Source: Candidatus Heimdallarchaeota archaeon | Lineage (GTDB): Archaea > Asgardarchaeota > Heimdallarchaeia > Heimdallarchaeales > Heimdallarchaeaceae | Direction of reading: 5' to 3' | Assembly: GCA_018238545.1 (NCBI GenBank) | Contig: JABCTC010000020.1 | Coordinates: forward strand, 1 to 64,000 | DNA: 64,000 bases | Shown: positions 28,756 to 38,088 of the stretch, one piece after another | Numbering within the stretch: position 1 is the first letter of the stretch | How the letters are laid out: each line of letters opens with the position of its first letter | Notes under the pieces: generated by a model | Databases searched by the model: none | Told to the model about the DNA's origin: nothing | Seen by the model: only the letters and a program-made list of their open reading frames with translations | Translations under genes and position numbers: made by a program

Positions 28756-30723
28756 CTACTCTTCTCCTAAAGCTTGTATCATTGCAAGGATTTGCTTGTC
28801 TTCAAAGCCAAATTGGTTTATGGCACCATTCAAACATGCAGCTGCGCATGATCCACACCCCTTACATAGTGCTTCATTGACAGAAGCTACCTTGTAGGTA
28901 TTTCCAAATCTTTTAGTGTCTATCAAAGTGATTGCACTATAAGGACATGTTTCCACACAGACTCCGCAACCTCTACATAACATTTCATCAACATGAGCAA
29001 TGGTTGCTTCAACCTCTATCTCATCTTGAGCTATAATATTGCATGCTCTTACTGCAGCTCTTCCTGCTTGTGACACTGTCTCTGGGATATCTTTTGGTCC
29101 AGTTGCACACCCGGCAACGAATACTCCAGTAATTGAAGTTTCAACTGGTTTTAGTTTTGGGTGAGCTTCTTTGATGAATCCATTAATACCAAGAGAGAGC
29201 CTTAATACACTTGCTATATCTTTTGTTCCTTGACTTGGGATAATACCTGTTGCAAGCACAACTAAATCTGCATGTAGTTCGACTGTTTCAGCAGTTAGTG
29301 TATTTACACCTTTAACTAAAATCTCATCTCCATCTTGTATTAGTTCAGAAACTTTTCCTCTGATGTAAACAACTTTTGCTTCTTCTGCTGCTCTTTGATA
29401 AAACTCCTCGTAATCTTTTCCTCCAGTACGTATATCTATGTAGAAATTGACTGCGGTTCCATCACGTACTTCATGTTTGAACATTAAAGCTTGTTTAGTG
29501 GAATACATACAGCAGATTTTAGAGCAGTATGGTAAGTGCTTTGCCGGATCTCTTGAACCAGCACAGTGGATGAAGACAACGTTTTTCACCAATTTTCCGT
29601 CAGAAGGTCTTCTTAAAGCTCCGGTTGACGGTCCTCCTGGAGATATCAATCTCTCAAAATCTAGGCCTGTAATAACATCAGGTATATTGCCTTGTCCATA
29701 TTCTCCAAGATTTTCTATTGGGTATGTATCATATCCTGTAGCAACGACAATAGCACCAAACTCATCCTCAATTATCTCAGGTTTCATGTCAAAATCAATG
29801 GCTTCAGGGCCACAAACATCTTTGCATTTAGAGCATATGAGAGGGTCAATACCTAAACAATCGTCAGGATCAATAATATATGATGCGGGAATAGCTTGAG
29901 GAAATGCAATATAAATCGCTTTACGCGGCGATAAGTTCTGGTTGTACTCATCATGAGCAATAACAGGACAAACAGCAACACAATCATCACACATTGTACA
30001 TTTATCTTCAATTACATAGCGTGGTTTCTTCTTTATTTTAACTTCGAAATTACCAACATAACCGTCAACTTGTTCCACTTCAGCATTGGCAATTAGAGTG
30101 ATGTTAGGATTACGTCCTACATCAACCATTTTAGGACTCAGAATACATGCAGAACAATCTAATGTTGGAAAAGTCTTATCTAATTGAGCCATTTTTCCTC
30201 CAATGGATGAAGTTTTTTCAACAAGTGTTACTTGATAACCTGATCCTGCAATATCTAATGCTGCTTGTATTCCTGCAATTCCTGCTCCTATTACAAGTGC
30301 TTTGTGAGTAACTCCTACCTTTTTCCTATCCAAAGGTTCCATTAGAGCAGATCGCATAACAGAACTCTTTACTAATGATTTCGCTTTTTTAGTGCCTTTC
30401 TTTTTATCGTCATGAACCCATGAAACCTGTTCACGAATATTGACTATTTCTAGTGTATAAGGATTCAATCCCTTATCCTCAATCGCAGCTCTAAAAGTAG
30501 GTTCATGCATTCTGGGGGAACAAGCTGCAACTATTACTTTATCTAGTTTCAGTTCTTCAATATCCTTCTTAATAAGTTCTTGACCAGGATCAGCACACAT
30601 ATACTTGTAAACTCGACTGCTGGCTACATAAGGAAGAGATTTTGCATAATCTACTACCTTTTCAACATCAACAGTTGCAGATATATTTTTTCCACATTCA
30701 CAAACGTAAACACCTATGCGCAT
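28756..30723 (-). CDS. hdrA: Heterodisulfide reductase subunit A
   Basis: RIGVYVC.CG, ACSPRMHE.TFR, KTFPTLDCSAC, YCSKICCMYS, C-terminal ferredoxin. Confidence 0.96.
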   Translation of the reverse strand: MRIGVYVCECGKNISATVDVEKVVDYAKSLPYVASSRVYKYMCADPGQELIKKDIEELKLDKVIVAACSPRMHEPTFRAAIEDKGLNPYTLEIVNIREQVSWVHDDKKKGTKKAKSLVKSSVMRSALMEPLDRKKVGVTHKALVIGAGIAGIQAALDIAGSGYQVTLVEKTSSIGGKMAQLDKTFPTLDCSACILSPKMVDVGRNPNITLIANAEVEQVDGYVGNFEVKIKKKPRYVIEDKCTMCDDCVAVCPVIAHDEYNQNLSPRKAIYIAFPQAIPASYIIDPDDCLGIDPLICSKCKDVCGPEAIDFDMKPEIIEDEFGAIVVATGYDTYPIENLGEYGQGNIPDVITGLDFERLISPGGPSTGALRRPSDGKLVKNVVFIHCAGSRDPAKHLPYCSKICCMYSTKQALMFKHEVRDGTAVNFYIDIRTGGKDYEEFYQRAAEEAKVVYIRGKVSELIQDGDEILVKGVNTLTAETVELHADLVVLATGIIPSQGTKDIASVLRLSLGINGFIKEAHPKLKPVETSITGVFVAGCATGPKDIPETVSQAGRAAVRACNIIAQDEIEVEATIAHVDEMLCRGCGVCVETCPYSAITLIDTKRFGNTYKVASVNEALCKGCGSCAAACLNGAINQFGFEDKQILAMIQALGEE

Positions 30724-30725
30724 CT

Positions 30726-31571
30726 TTACAAATCTCCTTCAAGGTTTTTTAACTGAGCATTTGAGAATACTGGGCCATCTTTGCAAACATAAAGATTACC
30801 AATATTGCATCGTCCACAAATTCCAACTCCGCATTTCATTCTCATTTCTAGAGTTGTAAATATTTGTTCATCTTTGAATCCTAATTCTAGTAAGTTTTGA
30901 ATAACAAATTTAATCATTATTGGGGGACCACAAGTTATTGCAATTGTATTTTTTGATGGGGGTTTAACTCTGAGCAGATTAGAAGGGACAAATCCCACGA
31001 ACTCTTCCCATCCTTCTTCTACTACATCAATAGAGAGATGCACGTTTACATCTTCACGTTTTTGTAGCTCAGCAAATTCATCCTTGAAACATAAATCATT
31101 TGATGTTCTTGCCCCATAGATAATATCTAGATTACCATATTGATCTCTATTTTTATCAGCAAGAGTATAGTTGGCTATGGATCTTAATGGTGCCATTCCG
31201 ATACCTCCTCCTATGAAAACAATATTCTTGTTTTTCCATCCTTCTACGTCAAAATGATTACCATAAGGTCCTCTTACACCCACTGTATCTCCCACTTCTG
31301 TTTCATGCAAGGCTGAAGTATTTATTCCTTGTTTCATCACACTTACTTCAAGATAATCTTTCTCTGTTGATGAGGATGAAATTGCAAACATGCTTTCACC
31401 TTTACCTAGCCTACTGATCATGACGCACTGACCAGGAACAAAATTGAACTCTTTTTGGATTTTTTTATCTTGCATTACTAACTTGAACGTCTTTATCGCT
31501 CTTTCTCCAGTAACCTCGACTTTTATCTTCTCAATAGTTGCCAACACAGGTTGGTATGGATTTTCTGTCAT
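30726..31571 (-). CDS. FAD/NAD(P)-binding 2Fe-2S subunit (FlxA/AsrB/PyrK-like)
   Basis: RGPYGN, GGGIGMAP, CGPPIM, MKCGVGICGRC...CKDGPVF. Confidence 0.88.
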   Translation of the reverse strand: MTENPYQPVLATIEKIKVEVTGERAIKTFKLVMQDKKIQKEFNFVPGQCVMISRLGKGESMFAISSSSTEKDYLEVSVMKQGINTSALHETEVGDTVGVRGPYGNHFDVEGWKNKNIVFIGGGIGMAPLRSIANYTLADKNRDQYGNLDIIYGARTSNDLCFKDEFAELQKREDVNVHLSIDVVEEGWEEFVGFVPSNLLRVKPPSKNTIAITCGPPIMIKFVIQNLLELGFKDEQIFTTLEMRMKCGVGICGRCNIGNLYVCKDGPVFSNAQLKNLEGDL

Positions 31572-32593
31572 AGTTCCATCTCACTTACTCGGTTCATTAA
31601 TTCAATAATATCTATATTTACAGGACAATATCTGATGCACCGACCACATCCTGTACATGCGATAACATCAGAATTTTTTGGAAAGTAACTGTATTTGCAA
31701 TAAAATCTATTTCTCACTCTATTCATTCTCGCTGGACGCGGATTATGTCCTGAAGTATGTATCGTATATTCAGGGAACATACATGAATCCCAGACACGAA
31801 TTCTAGCTCCTTTATCTAGCGTACCCTCATCAAGCATGTCAAAACATCGGCAAGTCATGCACAGATATGTGCAAGCTCCACATCCTATACATTTTTTAGC
31901 ATATTCTTCCCAAATTGGATGATCAAACATTTTATCCATTTTTTCTTCTATGCCCTCTACTTTCAAATTTCGTTTTATTAATCCGATTGCTTCTTGCTCT
32001 TTGGCATTCTTTGCTTCTATCTCCTTTGATGAAGCAGGTGAGAAAAATCTGCTGAAATCGTTAATAAAGTCCTTCCCCTTTTCAGTCATAACTTCTACTA
32101 AGTAGTTCTCTTCTATATCCGTAAATAGAATATCAACATATTTTCCAGAAGCAGGACTATCACCAAATGAAGTACAAAAACAACTTGAATCAGGTTGATT
32201 ACAGCTCAACCCAATTAAAACACTGTTGTCTCTATTGGCTTTGTATAAAGGATCAACAACATCACCAAAAAACACTGTATCAAGTATCCTAAAACCTTTA
32301 GCATCACAAGGTCTAATAGCAAAAATTGCTGTTTTTTCATTTCTAATTTCTTTAGGTTTAATAGTTCCTTTTGTACCAGGTTCCATTAGAAAGAGCGTTT
32401 CAGTTTGATTGAACAATATTGCTTTGGGGGGCATTCTAGAATTTAAATAAGATAAATCCATCTCTGAATAATCTTTTATAATATTGAAACCAGAAAATCC
32501 ATTCTCCTCTGTGGGAGCGAATAATCTGTAGCTTTTTACTATAGTATTGATGATTTCCGGGAATTTTTCTTTTGATATTATTAGACTTTCCAT
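31568..32593 (-). CDS. 4Fe-4S subunit (FlxB/AsrA-like)
   Basis: RPCD, CFC, CIGCGACTYLC.TC.CF, WDSC, CTGCGRCIRYCP. Confidence 0.85.
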   Translation of the reverse strand: MESLIISKEKFPEIINTIVKSYRLFAPTEENGFSGFNIIKDYSEMDLSYLNSRMPPKAILFNQTETLFLMEPGTKGTIKPKEIRNEKTAIFAIRPCDAKGFRILDTVFFGDVVDPLYKANRDNSVLIGLSCNQPDSSCFCTSFGDSPASGKYVDILFTDIEENYLVEVMTEKGKDFINDFSRFFSPASSKEIEAKNAKEQEAIGLIKRNLKVEGIEEKMDKMFDHPIWEEYAKKCIGCGACTYLCMTCRCFDMLDEGTLDKGARIRVWDSCMFPEYTIHTSGHNPRPARMNRVRNRFYCKYSYFPKNSDVIACTGCGRCIRYCPVNIDIIELMNRVSEMEL

Positions 32594-32602
32594 TTCTTCA
32601 CT

Positions 32603-33586
32603 TCACTTTATGAATTCTTCGGGATCATCAGGATTGAAGCTACCAAGCAATGGTTTGGCATCAATATCCAGTCCTGGTGTATATTCAAACATTTCTTTTA
32701 CTTCTTCCCCTAACTTTTTGTTTAATTCCATTAAGGGTATGTCCATTGGGCAAGCGTTTTCACATGCTCCACATCCTACACATCTCCCCGCTAGGTGATA
32801 CGCTCGCATGATATTCCATGCAGTATTTTCAGAAAGATTAACAGATCTCCTAATCCATTGTGGTTCCAGTAAATCAGCCATACATGTACTACAATAGCAT
32901 AATGGACAAGCTTCTCTACAAGCATAACAACGGATACATCTTTGAAATTGCTTTTCCCAATATTCCCATCTATTTTCTAAAGTTGCTTCTTCCAATTTTT
33001 TTATTCCTTCGTATTCTGCTTTGGGATTAACTTCAACTTCTTCTCCGATCATAACATCATATAATACGGGATTTGGATACCCACAAGTTTTACAGACTTC
33101 AGCTAAGAGTTCTTGTTTTGGAATTTTATGCTCTTTTCCTTCAACTGTAAAAACATATTCATCATTAATTTCATCTATTTCAGTAATTTCTGATTGGTTT
33201 GGAAATCTCTTCTCTATCTCTTTTTGATCAATTACACCTGGGCATGGAATACCTATTAATACAACCTCTTCTCTTTTCATTCCATTTTCCTGAATGATTT
33301 GAACAATTGCTCTTGAATCGCATCCTTTTACAACGATACCTATTTTTCTCTTATCTTCTTCTTCTCCTCTTTTCAGAGGTAGTTTTTCTTCCTTAAGTGG
33401 ATATTTCGCTAGATTTTTGTTACATAGAGGAGTAAAAATGAATTCTTCAACATCTTTAGGAGTATATGCGAATGCTGCACTTGTCTGAAATCCGTATGAT
33501 CCTTTTTTATAGCCAATAATATACTTAACATCTTTTCTTGCAAGTGTTTCTTTGGCAACTTCAACAAGTTTTTTCTGATCTACCAT
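32603..33586 (-). CDS. 4Fe-4S subunit (FlxC / FdhB-FrhB-like)
   Basis: KGCDSR, IGIPC, CIRCYACREACPLCYC, HLAGRCVGCGACENACP. Confidence 0.85.
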   Translation of the reverse strand: MVDQKKLVEVAKETLARKDVKYIIGYKKGSYGFQTSAAFAYTPKDVEEFIFTPLCNKNLAKYPLKEEKLPLKRGEEEDKRKIGIVVKGCDSRAIVQIIQENGMKREEVVLIGIPCPGVIDQKEIEKRFPNQSEITEIDEINDEYVFTVEGKEHKIPKQELLAEVCKTCGYPNPVLYDVMIGEEVEVNPKAEYEGIKKLEEATLENRWEYWEKQFQRCIRCYACREACPLCYCSTCMADLLEPQWIRRSVNLSENTAWNIMRAYHLAGRCVGCGACENACPMDIPLMELNKKLGEEVKEMFEYTPGLDIDAKPLLGSFNPDDPEEFIK

Positions 33587-34005
33587 TCGTTCTTCCTCCT
33601 AATTTTAGTGTTAGGTCCTAATTTTCTAATTTCTTCAGTTACCTCATCAACAACATCAGCGAACTTTCTTCCTTCAGCTGCAGAAACCCATGCCATCTTA
33701 ACCCTCTCTGGGTTAATTCCCATGAATTCAAGCAATTTTTTCATAACAGATATTCTTCTTCTTGCAAGATAGTTTCCGTGTTGATAATGACAATCGCCTG
33801 GATGGCAACCACCAATTAAAACTCCATCAGCACCTTGTTGTAATGCATTAATAACAAACATAGGGTTAACTCTTCCTGAACACATAACCCGAATAACTTT
33901 GACATTGTGTGAGTATTGAATCCTGCTAGTACCAGCGAGGTCGGCTCCTGCATATGAGCACCAGTTGCACAAGAAACCAATAATATTAGGTTCGAAATCT
34001 TCCAT
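33580..34005 (-). CDS. mvhD: MvhD/FlxD 2Fe-2S subunit
   Basis: FLCNWCSYAGAD, RVMCSGRV, GCHPGDCHY, WVSAAEG. ATG at 34005 preferred over the track's 34074, which overlaps korC. Confidence 0.93.
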   Translation of the reverse strand: MEDFEPNIIGFLCNWCSYAGADLAGTSRIQYSHNVKVIRVMCSGRVNPMFVINALQQGADGVLIGGCHPGDCHYQHGNYLARRRISVMKKLLEFMGINPERVKMAWVSAAEGRKFADVVDEVTEEIRKLGPNTKIRRKNEW

Positions 34006-34039
34006 CGTTATACGCCTAATTCCATGTATTTTTGAATAA

Positions 34040-34579
34040 TCATTTGTGATTCTTTCCCTTTTCGAAAGCAACAAGATTTTTCTCGATGAACCTTGCTCGC
34101 ACCTTCGCTTTCATGACTTGAACAAAAGCCTCTTCAGAGAAAAGATCAGTGTTGGCACATACAAAACCTAACATCGCTATATTAGCATATAAACGACTTC
34201 CAAGAGTTTCTGCTATTGCGGTTGCGGGTATTTTGTGAATTTTGCTGGCTTTCTTTGCATGGTCATCTAAAGTTACAAGGTTTTCCTCAACAAAGATAAT
34301 TCCACCTTCTTTCAAACGGGGGATATATTTGTGATAAGCTTCTTCAGACATTACAACAAAATAATCAAATGCTGTAGATTTAGGATAATCAATGGTTTGA
34401 GTATCAATCACAACATCACAACTACTAGCTCCTCCTCTGCTTTCAGGACCATAACTCTGTGTCATTACTGAATTCTTACCTTCTTCGTGAAGACTAATGA
34501 CTTCTCCAACAAGCCTTCCCATGAGAGCAATTCCTTGCCCACCAAATCCAGCAAAACGAATTTCTATTCTGTCACTCAT
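34040..34579 (-). CDS. korC: 2-oxoacid:ferredoxin oxidoreductase gamma subunit
   Basis: FAGFGGQG, QSYGPESRGG, NIAMLG. Confidence 0.9.
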   Translation of the reverse strand: MSDRIEIRFAGFGGQGIALMGRLVGEVISLHEEGKNSVMTQSYGPESRGGASSCDVVIDTQTIDYPKSTAFDYFVVMSEEAYHKYIPRLKEGGIIFVEENLVTLDDHAKKASKIHKIPATAIAETLGSRLYANIAMLGFVCANTDLFSEEAFVQVMKAKVRARFIEKNLVAFEKGKNHK

Positions 34580-34581
34580 TT

Positions 34582-35451
34582 TTATGCCCCCTTATCTTTA
34601 GATGCTGTCGACATTCTTTGAATGCTAAGTAAATTGTCAGTCAAAGTTGGTTTATCATGAATATCTACAAATTTACCTACAATAATTGGTCCTTCCTTGC
34701 CAATTGCGACTTTTTCTGTATCTATTCCGTGTTCAATCACTGATCGTTCCTTAAATGCTTCTAATATTGCTATCCCTTCTCTTAATTGGTTTCTTCTACC
34801 ATAAGTTGTTGGACATGCACCTAATACCTCAACAAAAGAGAACCCTTGGTGATTGATTGCTTCAACAAAAGATTCTTTCACTCTTCTGACATCTAAGGCT
34901 GTCCATCTTGCAATATAAGTAGCCCCGCATGACTTCACTAGTTCTGGCAAATTGAAAGGTTCCTCGATATTACCATAGGGGGCAGTAGTCTGAACTTGAC
35001 CTTTATATGAAGTAGGCCCCACTTGTCCACCAGTCATACCATATTGAAAATTGTTTACGCAAATAACTGTGATGTTAGCATTTCTTCTTGCTGCGTGAAT
35101 CAGATGATTTCCACCTATTGAAGCGAGATCTCCATCACCTGAGATGACAATAATTTTTCTGTTGGGGTCAGTTAGACCAAGACCAATAGCAAAAGGTATT
35201 GCTCTCCCATGTGTTGTGTGGAAAGAATCGAAATTCAAATATCCTGCTGTTCGACCGGTACATCCAATACCTGAGATAACTGCAATATTTTTTTGTTCTA
35301 TTCCTGATTCTTTTATTGCTTCTATTATCACTGTCATGACTGAACCCAAACTACATCCGGGACACCAAATGTGTGGTATTCTCCCCTTCCTTAGATAACC
35401 ATCAAGAGGGTGTTCCTCTGCTTCTATCAAACCAATTTCTTCTTCGGTCAT
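34582..35451 (-). CDS. korB: 2-oxoacid:ferredoxin oxidoreductase beta subunit
   Basis: WCPGC, SGIGC, HTTHGRA, GDGD...IGGNH, NN..YGMTGGQ (TPP motif). Confidence 0.93.
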   Translation of the reverse strand: MTEEEIGLIEAEEHPLDGYLRKGRIPHIWCPGCSLGSVMTVIIEAIKESGIEQKNIAVISGIGCTGRTAGYLNFDSFHTTHGRAIPFAIGLGLTDPNRKIIVISGDGDLASIGGNHLIHAARRNANITVICVNNFQYGMTGGQVGPTSYKGQVQTTAPYGNIEEPFNLPELVKSCGATYIARWTALDVRRVKESFVEAINHQGFSFVEVLGACPTTYGRRNQLREGIAILEAFKERSVIEHGIDTEKVAIGKEGPIIVGKFVDIHDKPTLTDNLLSIQRMSTASKDKGA

Positions 35452-36614
35452 TTTGTTCGCCTCTCTATTTCTTCTACTATTTCTGTGGGAGTATGAATGG
35501 CTCCGCCTAGTTTGAATAAACCGTGAACCTTTGATTTTCCTTCAACAGCTCGTTGAACTTCTCGTGTAACTTGACCTGAATTTATTTCTGTAATGAAAAT
35601 AGCTTTAACCTTTGAAGCTATTTGTGCTATTTGTTCATCTGGAAATGGCCAAATAGTAATTAATCTCAAATAACCAACTTTTAGACCTTTTTTTCGGGCA
35701 AGATTAACTGCTCCCTTAGCAGCTCTTGAACTAATACCGAAAGAGATAATGACAAACTCAGCATCATCAAGCATGTACTCTTCAAGCTTGATTATTTTAT
35801 CTTTGTTTTTTCTAATTTTATCTAAAAGTCGTGTAAGTAGAACTTCTTGCGAGTTCACGTCTAAAGCGGGATATCCTCTTTCATCGTGTGTCAAACCTGT
35901 TGCCATTACATTATAACCCTCACCAGCAACAGCCATTGGAGGTATCAAGTCATCATCTGCTTTGTAGGGTAGATGACCTTCAGCTTCATCTGTTGGTTTC
36001 TTTCTGTTGACAATTTCAATTTTATCTGCTTCAGGAATAACTAGTTTTTCGCTCATGTGACCTATAGTTTCATCCATTAATATCGTTACAGGAACTCGGT
36101 ACTCTTCAGCTAGATTAAATGCTGTAACAGCAAGATCAAAGCATTCCTGTACACTATTTGGAGATAGTGCGATAATTTCATAGTCTCCATGACTTCCCCA
36201 TCTTGCTTGTTGGATATCCTGTTGACCTACTAAGGTTGGTAATCCGGTAGATGGTCCACCACGTTGAACATTTACGATAACACAAGGTGTTTCCGTCATA
36301 ATTCCTAAACCAATGTTTTCCAACATTAAGGAATAACCTGGTCCAGAAGTAGCAGTCATCGATTTCCAACCACCCCAACTTGCACCCAAAATTGAAGCTA
36401 TTGAAGCAATTTCATCCTCAAATTGTACAAAATGTCCATTAGATTGAGGCAATTTGATTGACATATGTTCTGCAACTTCAGAGCTTGGTGTTATAGGATA
36501 CCCACCAAAAAATTTACATCCAGCAGCAAGTGATCCTTCAGCTACTGCTAAATTTCCACTAGTGAAAAATTCACCAGTATTAACCATTGGCGCATTTATT
36601 TTTTTATCACTCAA
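35448..36614 (-). CDS. korA: 2-oxoacid:ferredoxin oxidoreductase alpha subunit
   Basis: GYPITPSSE, QFEDEI, TATSGPG, QRGGPSTGLPT. Confidence 0.93.
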   Translation of the reverse strand: MSDKKINAPMVNTGEFFTSGNLAVAEGSLAAGCKFFGGYPITPSSEVAEHMSIKLPQSNGHFVQFEDEIASIASILGASWGGWKSMTATSGPGYSLMLENIGLGIMTETPCVIVNVQRGGPSTGLPTLVGQQDIQQARWGSHGDYEIIALSPNSVQECFDLAVTAFNLAEEYRVPVTILMDETIGHMSEKLVIPEADKIEIVNRKKPTDEAEGHLPYKADDDLIPPMAVAGEGYNVMATGLTHDERGYPALDVNSQEVLLTRLLDKIRKNKDKIIKLEEYMLDDAEFVIISFGISSRAAKGAVNLARKKGLKVGYLRLITIWPFPDEQIAQIASKVKAIFITEINSGQVTREVQRAVEGKSKVHGLFKLGGAIHTPTEIVEEIERRTK

Positions 36615-36942
36615 CTTCCATTTCCTCCTCTTCTACAGGTTTTTTGACAAAAATAGCGAATTCAGGACATATTAGTTCACAGAAATGACATTCAGTACAG
36701 TTCTCGAATGTTTTTCCTTCAATAAGTCTTGGTGGATGATATCCCTTCTCGTTGATTTCATCGGATAATTCCAGTATTTCTTCTGGGCAAAATTCTATAC
36801 ACCACCTACATTCTTTGCATCTAGAAGAAATAATGTGAATCTCAGGTGTAACTATTTTCCATTCTTTAATATCTACAAAAGCAGGCCATTCTGCTTTTTT
36901 CTTTTTCCGATCAAAACTATAGTTCATCAATGAATCCCGCAA
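36607..36942 (-). CDS. korD: 2-oxoacid:ferredoxin oxidoreductase delta subunit (2x4Fe-4S ferredoxin)
   Basis: CKECRWCIEFCP, CTECHFCELICPEFAI; first gene of the operon. Confidence 0.88.
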   Translation of the reverse strand: MRDSLMNYSFDRKKKKAEWPAFVDIKEWKIVTPEIHIISSRCKECRWCIEFCPEEILELSDEINEKGYHPPRLIEGKTFENCTECHFCELICPEFAIFVKKPVEEEEMEVE

Positions 36943-37363
36943 ACCACTAATTAATTTCAGTTTGAGGGAACAAATATTCGACTCTTATAAGTTTTGTTAA
37001 AAGGACACGAATTTCCTCTTTTAATTGAGTAAAATCAATTGTGAGCCATTTTACTATTTTGTATTCTACTGTCCTCATATATAAAGGATTGACCTTAGAC
37101 GAATTGTGACATTTTTGTCGTTACTTGCTTTTTTTCGACTGTGCAAACTATAAACAACTTGCCATTTTTGTTATAAAATGAAATCTTTTTTGAAAATCTT
37201 GTATATTTTGCCATTTATTAGTTATTGAAATGAATTTAATGTTCCTTTTAATTCACCATCAAATGTTTTTCATGATTTGTACTTTTAAATCAAATTATTG
37301 CAAGAAGAATAATAACAAATTGTACTAGAATTAGAGAAATATTAAAGAGTTATAAAGGAATAT

Positions 37364-38020
37364 TTGTATCTGTTGAAAATGTTGTCAAGAGATTTATCTA
37401 TAACAATCATGGGAAATACCGGGGTAGGGAAAAGTACTTTGATTAAACGTCTTAAAGGGGAATCTGTTGAAGATATCAGCCCCACAACTAATATAGAGGT
37501 TCATGAAAAAACTATCCGATTGAAGAGTCAGTCATACAAGTCTGCATTTAGTCTTGAGAAATATCGTAGCTATAAGGTATTAGCCGTTGACTGTCCTGGG
37601 GATATGAGTTTGTGGCCATACTGGAAGAAAGCTTTAGTAGACTATAAAACGCATGGAATTATCTTCATTATTGACCCCACTCAAGATGCGAAGATTCAGA
37701 TTGATGCTCTCACACAAGTTTCAAATTACTACTTAATGACACTTGATGATGATGTTGTTAAGGCTGAAAGAAAAGCTAGAAAAGAGAAAGCCATCTTTTT
37801 CTTAGTTGTTAATAAAATAGATTTGTTAGATAACAGCAAAGGAAAAGCTGATCAATTGTTACGTGACTATTACCAAACTGCGTGGAATCATCTTAAAGAA
37901 AGATATCCTAAGAGCGGTCATTATTGGGAAGCTATTTCAGCAATTGATGAATCTGAAGAAATGTATTCTATTATTGATGGTATTTTTGAAACTATAAAGC
38001 GAGAAATTTATGGTGACTAA
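37364..38020 (+). CDS. Ras-superfamily small GTPase (Arf-related)
   Basis: G1 GNTGVGKS, G2 PT, G3 DCPG, G4 NKID, G5 ISA; likely start is ATG 37379. Confidence 0.9.
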   Translation: MYLLKMLSRDLSITIMGNTGVGKSTLIKRLKGESVEDISPTTNIEVHEKTIRLKSQSYKSAFSLEKYRSYKVLAVDCPGDMSLWPYWKKALVDYKTHGIIFIIDPTQDAKIQIDALTQVSNYYLMTLDDDVVKAERKARKEKAIFFLVVNKIDLLDNSKGKADQLLRDYYQTAWNHLKERYPKSGHYWEAISAIDESEEMYSIIDGIFETIKREIYGD

Positions 38021-38088
38021 TCTCCCCTAATTTCAAGCTAAGAGAGAAAAGTTTTTTTATCGTTTTTTTTCCTTGGATAAGTGATAGT

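Noticed and set aside
28756-34005. Selenocysteine recoding in HdrA/MvhD
   Set aside because: The usual Sec positions are Cys here (DCSAC; CNWC; GCHPGDC), and the ORFs have no in-frame TGA.
36943-37363. Replication origin
   Set aside because: AT-rich, but no ORB-like G-string repeats and no adjacent cdc6/orc1 gene.
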